A DNA stretch of 61,319 nt, filler included, from Hausera hauseri (Eukaryota): NCBI GenBank assembly GCA_046269625.1. It is 10 parts of 10 records of this genome, joined end to end, with 100 filler letters (N's around TTAATTAATTAA, not from the genome) between each part and the next. Parts side by side here need not be neighbours in the genome. Positions count along the whole stretch, not along the records: positions 47,123 to 51,208 come from JBJURY010770538.1; positions 51,309 to 56,753 come from JBJURY010253736.1; positions 56,854 to 61,319 come from JBJURY010567228.1; 7 more parts are not named here. The stretch is one strand, 5' to 3'. Of this stretch, positions 49,725 through 59,229 are shown piece by piece (position 1 is the first letter of the stretch; the number at the start of each line of letters is the position of its first letter). The translations under genes and the position numbers were made by a program. The notes under the pieces were generated by a model. That model saw only the letters and a program-made list of their open reading frames with translations. It did no database searches and was not told the origin of the DNA.

Positions 49725-50040
49725 ATTATTTACCTTTCTTTAGTCAAAGAAGGATCAAAAACTGTGGGAAGAATCAAGTCATTTTACTTCAATGTTATTA
49801 ATAACCTCAATTAAACAACTAATAAAGATTATACATACTACGGAAAGGCAACTCTTATTCCCAACAATTTAAAAGGACGTCTTCATCAAAGATCCGGATT
49901 AACCATAAAATTGTCTACTACGTCAACAAAATTAGCAGATGTAATCGATATCTCTAGCTGAACATCAGTATATATATCACTAGCATAATGAAGTCTTCAA
50001 ATAAAAAGTAGAGCTCATTTAAACGAATTTACGGATACTC
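49725..50040 (+). pseudogene. Trimeric dUTPase-like remnant (not in the ORF track)
   Basis: KIIHT-GKATLIPNNLKGRLHQRSGLTIKLSTTSTKLADVIDISS*TSVYISL..LQIKSRAHLNEF parallels dUTPase LIPTG..I.IP.GYYGRI.PRSGL..K..AGVID.DY.GEI.V.L..IKKGDRIAQL; RSGL at 49890-49901. Confidence 0.65.
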
Positions 50041-50228
50041 TTGATGTTCCAACATTAACTACTATTCGCCTGAACAAAAGGTTTTATAAAAATGCTACAA
50101 TTATACTCCAGACGTATGGCGGTCCACCCCCGATAATCTACGTTAAAGTAACTCAGAAAAACTTTCCCTCAAATTGAGTATGAAAAAACCATCTATCCTT
50201 CAAATCTACCCAGTCCAGATCAACTTAT

Positions 50229-50740
50229 ATGTGGAACATCTTTTCTCGATTACCACTCGTATCAGAAACCAAGATGGTTATAATAGCAATAAACTCTGTT
50301 TATTTGTTAACGCCACTACGGAATAAAGAAATAACTCTTATAGAATTAACTGTCATCGATCTAAAAGGAAATATTATCTTGAATGAAGTCAGTACTCCGC
50401 GTGATCGAGTCGACAATTTCAACAATCAGATCACCGGACTCAAAGAAATAGGCGTAATAGGACAAACTGATCCACATCAGATCAGATCTCTTGTCAGTAA
50501 AAAACTTAATGACAAATTAATTACCGGAATGGACATTTACAACGTAAATCTGCATCTTGATTTACTCGATATCAACTCAATACTTGAGATTAGACATTTG
50601 TTCTACCACAATGAGATCAACCCAGAAAAGAAGTTGAGGCAAAGCAGATCCTGACGAAATTCCATGATATCGTGTATCCCCTCCGCACTAGACAGAAAAC
50701 CGTGACAATGTTGAATATCTACAAATCCATTAAAGAATAT
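50229..50740 (+). pseudogene. DEDDh 3'-5' exonuclease of ISG20/REX4/AEN type with degenerate catalytic residues
   Basis: IIAINSV...LIELTVIDLKGNIILNEVSTPRDRVDNFNNQITGL...IRSLVSKKLNDKLITGMDI..TMLNIYK parallels REX4-type VAIDCEMV...LARVSIVN..G.VVLD.YVKP...VTDYRT.VSGI...V..ILKG.ILVGH..TM.LY. Confidence 0.75.
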
Positions 50741-51116
50741 AAGAACAAAAATGATGATTCCCAAGAATCACCTATTCAATCACAACCGGATAGACAGAAG
50801 ATGAAAGGAGTAGATAACAAAAAAAATAATATGTTGAACAGAAACATGAATGGAGAACAACTGAATAAATGTAATTTCCTAAATATGAACTTTTGAAAAA
50901 GCTTCCACATAGACTCAAGCTCATCTTATAATTCACACAGATAACCATGGTCATGTTATTCAACCTAACGCTTCCAGTGGTTTGACAGGGCCACCTAGTG
51001 GTCCAACTCAGTTCTACACACGTTAATGACAACATCTGTCTGTCACCCAAAAATCAAGTGAAATGATAAAAAAGATAAAAGATGGCACACCTTCAAAGTT
51101 TTACACAAGAGCAGTT

Positions 51117-51208
51117 AGAGGATGAGGAGCTGTGAAGGTGTAAACGGAAGCTGAAGCACTAGTGAAAGCATCAGTATTTGTCTGGCACGGATGTCCCTGT
51201 GTGGGCTC
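51117..51208 (+). repeat. Probable polypurine tract and start of the 3' LTR
   Basis: AGAGGATGAGGAG-C directly followed by TGTGAAGG at 51131; cut by the contig end, so no second LTR is available for confirmation. Confidence 0.5.
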
Positions 51209-51308
51209 NNNNNNNNNNNNNNNNNNNNNNNNNNNNNNNNNNNNNNNNNNNNTTAATTAATTAANNNNNNNNNNNNNNNNNNNNNNNNNNNNNNNNNNNN
51301 NNNNNNNN
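51209..51308. other. Artificial contig linker
   Basis: N44-TTAATTAATTAA-N44. Confidence 0.99.
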
Positions 51309-54300
51309 AGGAATTCGTCCCAATCCTTTTGACCTTTTGCAACTACGGTTGACAATATTCGTATCACAGTAGCATTCATGCGTTCAACCATTCCATTACA
51401 TTGAGGATGGTAGGCTGTCGTAGTCAACCTCTCAATTTCAAATATTTTCGTGATTTTATCGAACAGCTCACTGGTGAAATTTCTCCCTCGATCAGTCAGT
51501 ATCTGATCTGGAGATCAGTATCTACAGATAATTTTCCTTACTACGGCTTCGGCTAATGTTTCTGCTTTCTAATCATATAGTGCCACTAACTCCACAAAGT
51601 GAGTTAGTCGATCAACGCATGTCAGTATATATCTGTTATTTCTGTTATATGGTAATGCGATGTCCATCGACATAGCTTGCATTGGTCTGTCTGGTACAAT
51701 TATTGGCTTCAGCTCTGCTATGTAATTCCGCATTTTCCTCTGCTTAGTCGCGCATACTTCGCAAGCGCTTTCCCAATTTTTCACATCAATATATACTAGG
51801 CCAATAGTATTTGTTTAGCGTCCTATTTAACGTCTTTTTCCAGGACATGTGCCCAGCTAGATACGAATCGTGTTCGGCCATTAAAACTTCAGTTCGTAGA
51901 ATTTTGGATATAACTATTAATTTCCTTCCTTTTCGTTCATAATACAGTACTTTTTTATTGTTCTTGTTTTCGGAGACACAATATTTATGTCCATGTCATT
52001 GTAAATGTTTCCTTAACTGGTGGCCTTTTGGCATTACGTCTGCTTCAGCGCATTCCATGATTTATTGGATAACTCGATCCTTCTTTTGTTCGCTCGAAAT
52101 TCTAATTGCTCCGTCTGACGCTAAAGTTCGTTCTCGGTCTACTAACTCTTCGAGCTGGTTTTTCTTCATTGTCATTATAGCACTTGTTTTCGTTTTCAAT
52201 CGTGACAACGCATCTGCATCAACGTGCTTCGCACCAGGTTTATATTGAAATTCAATATTATACCTCGAGATTTCTTCGATCCATCTATTAAACTTACACG
52301 TAGGGTTATTTGCTCGTCCCTTTAAAGTCGTAACTGCTTGTTATCGGTAATTATTATTATCTTCTGTCCATATATGTAAACGTTGAAATGCCTTAAGGCT
52401 TCTTTTACTGCTAATGTTTCTAATTCTGTCACTGAATAGTTTCTCTCTGCTTTCTTTAAGGAGCGCCCTCCATAAGCGATTGGATGTTCTAGTTCTTCGT
52501 CCTCGCGCTTCTGTGCCAACTCATATCCGATACCTTCTTTACTCGCGTCTGTTTTAATAATAAATGGTAAGCTAAAATTAGGGTATCTCAGTACTGGTTC
52601 GCTAGTCAGTATCTTTTTCATTTCGTCGAACGCCTTTTGTCTGACATCCGTCCATCTCAACTTAGTTCCTTTTTTTAATAACCGATACAATGGCGCATTC
52701 ATTTTTGAGTTATCCGGTACGTAAGTAGCATAATATCCGCACAGGCCTAACCAATGTCTTAGTTCTTTCTGGTTCTGTGGTTCCATACAGTCTGAAATAT
52801 TATTCAACAATGATTTGTCGAGTTTTGATCCTCCTTTTTCAACTATGTGGCCAAGGTAAGACACGGCGTTTTGAGCCCATTTGCATTTCTTTGGATTCAC
52901 TTTTAACCCGGCCTTCTCTAATCTCATGAGAGTGACCTCAATATCTCAGATGTTCTTTTTCGTCTTTTGATGCAGTCATTCCGTCATCTAAGTACGCAAA
53001 TGCATGTTCAAGTCCCATTAGCATTTTATTCATCATGCTCGTAAATATGTCTGATCCAGCGGTAATTCCAAATGGCATAACGTTAAATTCGTATACTCCG
53101 TTATGAGTTTTAAATGCTATTTTATAACTATCTGCATCTTCAATCTCTACCTGCCAATATCCGGATTTTAAGTCCAGCGTGATGAACCATTTTGCTCCGG
53201 AGAGCCTATCTAGAGCCTCTTTCACAGATGGTAAGGGAAAGGAATCTTTCATCATGAGAGTACTTAGTGCTCTATAATCGATACAAAATCGATGTTTCGT
53301 GGTACCTTTCTTTTTGACCATAAAAATAGGTGAATACCAAGATTTGAAACTTTGTCGGATTATATCCGCTTTGAGCATCCGTTCTATCTCCTTGGTGATA
53401 TCTGGTCTTAAGGAGTGTGGCGGCGGATACCATTTTGGCATTTTCTGTTCTTCGAAATCAATCTCATCGTTGGAACCAGGCTTTTTCTTAAGTGGTACAG
53501 TTAACTCTAATGCTTTTTCTCGGCCAATGTTTTCGTCCTTGGCAATGATTGATTTATATCGACATAATAATTCGTAAAACTGGCAATAAGCTTCTGGTGA
53601 AAACTTCGTATCGATGTGTGGTGGAAATTCCGCGTATGTATATGGTTTCTCTTCAACCGTTATTGCTGATACTTTGTAAGTATGTCCTAAAGTAGTGTTA
53701 GCATACAGTCTTATTGGGGTTGAAGCATTATTCACTATTCTGACTGGTATTCGGCCAGACGCTACTCGGGTTAATATATTGCTCAATATTATATTAGGAT
53801 TCAATGTTACTTTCGGCTCAAAGTACACTGGTAAATCGTCGTCTTGACAGATTTGCGCGAATATCAACAATTCCGTTCCAGGCGGAATGTTTTCGTCGAC
53901 CGAAATCCATACCTCTCCGAATTCTCTTTCTTTATTAACCTTAGTTCCCTTTATCGGTCCGAGTTCGATTAATTTCGAGGTATTCAAATCTACTGCAACA
54001 TTTGGTAGGCGCATTAATATATCACAGCCTAACACTACGTCATCTGTCAAGTGTTCCATTATAGAGAATTCATGTTGGAACGTTTGTCCCATTATCTTAA
54101 GATTAGGGTTCCACTTAAATTTCGGTCTTGACTCTTGTCCGAAAGCTCCTATACTTCCGGGGTCCGTTGCTAGTGGTAAACATAGTTGGTTCCGTAATGT
54201 TTTTGGTATCGATCCGTCCTTTATAAATGATTTCTCTGGTCCGGTATCTACTAGTGCGTATACTTCTCGATCGTCAATACTAATTTTGGCGAAAGGTCTA

Positions 54301-54740
54301 CCTTCTTTTATCATAGATTGTCTAACAACGGATATCTTGTACCCATTTATACTAATTTCTGGTGCTTTATTCTCTGCTATCTGTCTTAATTCCTCAATGG
54401 GATATAATCCGTTATTTACATTATTTTCACTGTCTCCATCTGGAGTATTGATTAGCGGTTCTCGGTTGTTTTGGTTATGGAAAGATCGCATTCGTGGATT
54501 ATCCCAAATTGATGATTTAGTTTCTATATTTCGCGATATCCTTGGAGAGAATATCACCTTGCGATCATCCATTGGCTGGCGGAATAATTCGGATTTTTCC
54601 CTGGTTCGGTAAATTTTTCGTAACACGCCGTATTGTTTTGTCCCTTCATAAGGATCCTCATAGTTGAAAGGCTTCCGATAAATTTCCGAACTATAGGAGT
54701 TAATATATCTTTTACCGCAGTCTTCGTATTGTGGTGCCGA
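51309..54740 (-). pseudogene. pol: Ty3/gypsy pol (aspartic protease, RT, RNase H, integrase), frameshifted
   Basis: ALVDTG, VLGCDIL, RFCIDYR, LDLKSGYWQ, FNVMPFG, YLDD, KTDAS, YSVTELE, C..C, MSMDI and TTAYHPQCNGMVER. Confidence 0.95.
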
Positions 54741-54899
54741 GGGGGCAGCATAGGCAAAGGCGGCCTGGGCGCCTTACGACTGCCTATCTTGGAGACCGCG
54801 TCTCCTCCCTTAGGCTCATCATCATCTGAATCGTTTCTTCGAAATTTTGTATTTCTTTGTCCTATAAAAAATATAGGTTTTCTCTTCCGTTCCCGATTA

Positions 54900-56753
54900 T
54901 AGTAACCAACGTGTCTCTCGACGTCGCTTTTCCATTTGTTTTCTTCGTACGCCTTCAAAAATTTTCCAAACGGTGTTATGATTGCGGTTAAGATTTTGCA
55001 TGAAAATCCGGTTAGAGTAAATATTTCATAGCCATTTATAATGGATTGAATTATGGCCTTTATCAGTTGCACCAAGAAGTAGATGGCTAAAAATCCGGAT
55101 GCAGCTTGTCCAAAAATTAGACATCTTCCCCGATTTTATATAGTATCTCTGTACTGACTCTGATAATGATTAACGCCAAGTAGGGATTCGCATTTTGCTT
55201 AATAGCGAGTATCATCCACCACCGGCGACATAGCTCTACTTAGTTCATGTGTACGCTGTCGAGGGAAAGCTAGGAATTGCCTAAAAGTCTCGATTTTCTT
55301 TGGTCTGTAAATCCCTTTACTTGCGGTGTCAGCGAATTTATCATCCGTTATACTCCTTAACAAATTTGTCCCGGTTAATTTGCTACGTGTGGCTGTTCTT
55401 CCTCCATTTGGTAAACCTACCCAGTCTGTCTCAGTTCTCTTTTACATGGATTCTCCTAAACCTGCTTTTCATTCCTTCAAAATCGTTGGTGGGTCAAATT
55501 TTCCACCAAAACGCTTGTAAGTGGCATCGCCAATCTAGGCATATTCTGGTATAGGACTGGTAAGTATTGAATACAACGTTTTTCTTCTACGTTTATAGAT
55601 ACATCCCGTTTTTCACATTCGTAGGTTAACAGGGCTTCCCCAGTAACTCTTCCGAAAATTTCTTCATTCATCGGAATTACAGGTGCCGCTAGTTCTAGAT
55701 TTGCGTAGACCAAGGCTAGTTTGATCAACATAATTTCTATATCCAGTTTACAGTCATTTGCGATCATCTTGTGATATAATTCTGCTAGTCTAATTTGTCC
55801 TTTATAATAAAAGTAATCATCCCTATTTTTCAAGTAATCATCTATTCTTACATCATGTGTTTGAAAAACCAAAGTAGTTATTGCAGCTTCTGCCACAAAG
55901 AATGCTTCATAATTGGTGGCGTACATTACTACGTTACATCGAGAAAGCATTTGATTCTTAATAAACTTTAAACCGTGATTCTCGGATATCAGTATCGTGG
56001 GTGTGGACTGTTCAGCTACGTCCTTCCTTGACCTGGCATCATTGTCAGTTGTGTCCACATATCTTTTTCCCGTGGTTTCATCAAAATTTATTTCTTTTAT
56101 CTTAATAAAGTTACAATGGTTCATAGGTGGTGGGGTCCAAATAACTGTCGAATTTCGGAAAGTATAGGCACCGTCTTGGATATGACACTTCTGGTTTTCG
56201 GTATGTTTTTGTAACACTATGGAACATCATCTTTTGATTCCTCATTTCTGTCTCATAGAAATCGACCACTAACATTCTGCCTTCTCTTCCTTTTCCCGTA
56301 TCGTATTCACCTCATTTACGGTATCCGGTGTGCATATCTAGTTTCCCAACTGCTACTTTATGCACTCAAATTATTTTTCCTGGTTGGGCTTCTAACTCCA
56401 TCCCATCTCAACTCAATCTTCCGGTTTCTTTGGCTTGTTTACACTGCTGTTGGTCTAAATCCATAGGAATTAATGGAGTCGTTGGTTTTACTATCGATAA
56501 ATGTCCGTACATATTCCAACAGTAAAAAATACTTCGTGATTGTCGCAATATGCACTTTATTCCGTCTATTGCGATTAGTTCGCGCTGTTGATACAAAAAA
56601 TACTTTTTCTCAATGGTTAATAACTTGTGAGGTCTGGCGCCCTCGCATAACTGCAGATCCATCAATGTATAATTTTAACCTATTTTAAACTTATAACAGT
56701 CGTAGACCGTGATTGCACCGAGTTGTCTTATTAACATCATAAGTGTTATTAAT
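54900..56753 (-). pseudogene. env: Chuvirus-type (class III, gB-related) envelope glycoprotein, essentially full length, disrupted
   Basis: Signal-like LITLMMLIRQLGA|ITVYDC; YTLMDLQLC; KCILRQSRSIFYC; QQCKQ..ETG; C..QDG....NSTVIW....C; ELYHKMIANDC; RVTGEALLTYEC; CIQYLPV; GIY..KKIETFRQFLAFP; FGQAASGFLAIYFLVQLIKAIIQSIINGYEIFTLTGFSCKILTAI. Collinear with recalled chuvirus G blocks (GYDC, CK....RTIFYC, LY......C, GEV...KC, CY.ELPV, GIY...L..LR..IMFP, FG..SAG......IIHGY.L...YGWS..LLGA). Confidence 0.88.
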
Positions 56754-56853
56754 NNNNNNNNNNNNNNNNNNNNNNNNNNNNNNNNNNNNNNNNNNNNTTA
56801 ATTAATTAANNNNNNNNNNNNNNNNNNNNNNNNNNNNNNNNNNNNNNNNNNNN
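56754..56853. other. Artificial contig linker
   Basis: N44-TTAATTAATTAA-N44. Confidence 0.99.
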
Positions 56854-57185
56854 TGGGTGTGTGTGGGGGGGGGGGGGGGAATCGGAACAAGTGCCGAAAA
56901 TCTCAAAATGCGTTATTTTGGCTTACTTGGCACAATGTATTCATTTTGCGCATCTCCGTGACTATTTGATAATAAAAATTACTCAGATTTACAGTTCATC
57001 CAATTCGACCATGTTGTAGAACCGAATACGTAAAAATCAATACCACACATTTTGCAACGTTAGAATTGTCTGAATTTTCTGAGAAAGACTGAATAAATAA
57101 ATTTGTGACGTTTCTCAATATATTTTATTCATTGTACATTTGATAAAATTATAGTTCTTGTCCGACATTCTCTCATTCTTTTCAG

Positions 57186-59206
57186 GCTGCAAAAACTTCC
57201 GATGACTCGAACAGGGATGAAACTGCAACGAATTCCATTTGTATTATTTGTAAAAAGCAGATTTATTTTCTGGAAAAACTGACAGTCAGCGATAAACTAT
57301 ATCATCGTTCTTGTTATCGACAAGTTCAAATTGACAATTTGAAAATTCGGAACAGAACTCTCGAAAGACCGAAAGTCCAAGTCAATGAAATATCGGATCA
57401 TAACGAAAATGTACTGAAGCCCGACGAAAGCAATGCTGCAAATAACAAAGGCGATAGCAACAGATTAACACCGGAAAAAGTTCCGTCTCCTGTGAGTAAA
57501 CTCGACAATGATGAACACAAACCACCAGATTCGAAAACCATTAGGCCGATTGAAAGTAACCAAAAACCGATTATGAAGATTGACAATAAGATTCCAAATT
57601 TAACACTTCCAGAAAAGCTACCTCGCAAAACCACACCGACATCTTCATTTCGATCGAAAGATGAACCGAAGAAATTGACGGAGAATCTGTCGAAGTCGTC
57701 CGATATTCTCAACCAAAGCAACGATGTAAATAGTCTAAGTGAAGCGGCTAATGTGTCAGATGACAAGAGCATTCGCAAAAGATCTCTTAGTCCGAACCAT
57801 GTTACAGAAAGCAAAGAATCGAAGCATATTGATACACCATTTTCCAAATCAACTGACGATTTATCCAAAATGGAAAAGCCACAAAATTCCTCCCAGTTTC
57901 CTACTCACAGTCTTCAGAGTTCATCTGTCAACTATATATCCGTTAATGCTTCATCAATAGACTCATTAAATGATAGTAATTCGAGTTTGTTCAAAAGAAG
58001 TAAAGCCTTAGCATCGAATAATCTATCGGTGTCGAATTCTCTCTCATCGTCGTCATCTTGCTTGAATTCATCATTCAACAAAAAGCGCCATGCTCCTCTT
58101 CCTCCGAAAGCGCAAATAAACCTCAGTGAAATCCAGAACAGTAATAAGAAACCACAGATTCCCGATGCGGAATGCTTTTATCCCGATGAACTTAATCCGT
58201 TCAATTTACCCGAAGATAAAGACGTCAAACTTGAAAAGCCTAAGAAACCAGCAAAGCCAGTTAAACCGGAAAAGCCCCGAAAACCGGACAAACCAAAAAA
58301 CTTAAATCCGTTTGCGGAATTTATGGTAGACGAATCTAAAGATCTCAAAAATGTACTATCTCAAACGAAGCCGAAGAAGCGTACTGCTCCAAAAGTACCA
58401 CCAAAACCATCGGATAAAGACAGTCCAAAGGTCTCCGAACAAAGTCCGACGCGTAAAGGTGGAGATTTGCCAATCCCGGTAAAAAATGAAATATCGACGA
58501 AATCCGAATGTATAATCGAAATGAATACTATCAATTATGTTCCGGAAAACGTCAAAGAAGACACATCAGATTCAGAAAAACGAGAGTTGTTACCTGACAC
58601 GAATAAAGTCGAAGATTCCCAGAAAGAGTCAGATTATTTACAATTGGCCTGTAAAGAAGAAAAACTGTCAGATACAAAGACGATTGACGATACTCAAAAA
58701 GAATCCGAATATTCATTGTTAACAATAATCGAAGACAAATCTGTGAAATCTGACGAACAACCGAATGCCGATAGAAACCGTTCTTCTCCCGTTTCACAAC
58801 CTGTTGTTATTTGTAACATCAGCACATCTGTCATTCTAAACGACGACCAATTAGCTCTCCAACTACCAAGTAAAGAAAAGTCTCGATCTCAAGATTCTTT
58901 ACGAAAAACAAAATGTTTCCGAATCAGCCGACAAAAAGCACCGGCTCCATCTCGACCGGCACCAATGAAAAGAGAAGTTCGTGGTGATAAGAGTTTTCAA
59001 TTTGTTCCCTACGAAACTCTTCATGCGCAGTTGGAAGAAGTCAATCGAGAACTGTCACAGATCGAACAGAAAGGTCGGACGCTTCAAAATTCACTGTGGG
59101 AAGCCAAGGAAAATGATGAGAATTTCGAAGATATGCTTCAGGATTGGTTGGATCTAGTCAAGAATAAGAATGATTTATTTATGAAAGAACGGAATTTACA
59201 CGAAAT
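57186..59206 (+). CDS. MICALL: Large internal exon of a MICAL-like (MICAL-L) Rab/EHD effector
   Basis: Acceptor ttcag at 57181-57185; CIICKKQIYFLEKLTVSDKLYHRSCYR (LIM first finger); two NPF motifs (ELNPF, NLNPF); Pro/Lys-rich linkers; N-half of a bMERB domain (LSQIEQKGRTL..MLQDWLDLVKNKNDLFMKERNL). The ORF-track stop lies inside the donor AT|GTAAGG at 59207. Confidence 0.85.
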
Positions 59207-59229
59207 GTAAGGGATTTGTGTTTTAAATG

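Larger units (their letters stand above)
47123..51208 (+). mobile_element. 3' half of a decayed Ty3/gypsy element with ~2.9 kb of cargo between integrase and the probable PPT/LTR
   Basis: Integrase (YHNSMLEGH..C.ICAR, AMDILGP, LLTDQAPNF, TTPYYPKINGTVERFN, VHVKRCK), then a membrane protein, dUTPase-like and exonuclease-like remnants, then AGAGGATGAGGAGC|TGTG. Confidence 0.8.

Noticed and set aside
53887-54612. 241-aa plus-strand ORF (and similar ORFs at 53299, 23831, 57398, 9657) as antisense genes
   Set aside because: Shadow frames of real opposite-strand genes with no recognisable motifs.
17254-56753. Alternative genetic code explaining the in-frame stops
   Set aside because: TAA, TAG and TGA all interrupt the ORFs together with frameshifts, while intact genes read normally; this is mutational decay.
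54900-56753. Stand-alone endogenous chuvirus insertion
   Set aside because: No nucleoprotein or L gene nearby, and the same G-pol junction occurs in two diverged retroelement copies.
10537-56853. Nine identical TTAATTAATTAA motifs flanked by Ns as a biological repeat or CRISPR-like array
   Set aside because: Fixed N44-12-N44 format is an artificial contig linker; adjacency across linkers carries no meaning.
59207-59210. Stop codon of the MICAL-like gene
   Set aside because: The TAA is part of the GTAAG donor and the bMERB domain is incomplete.
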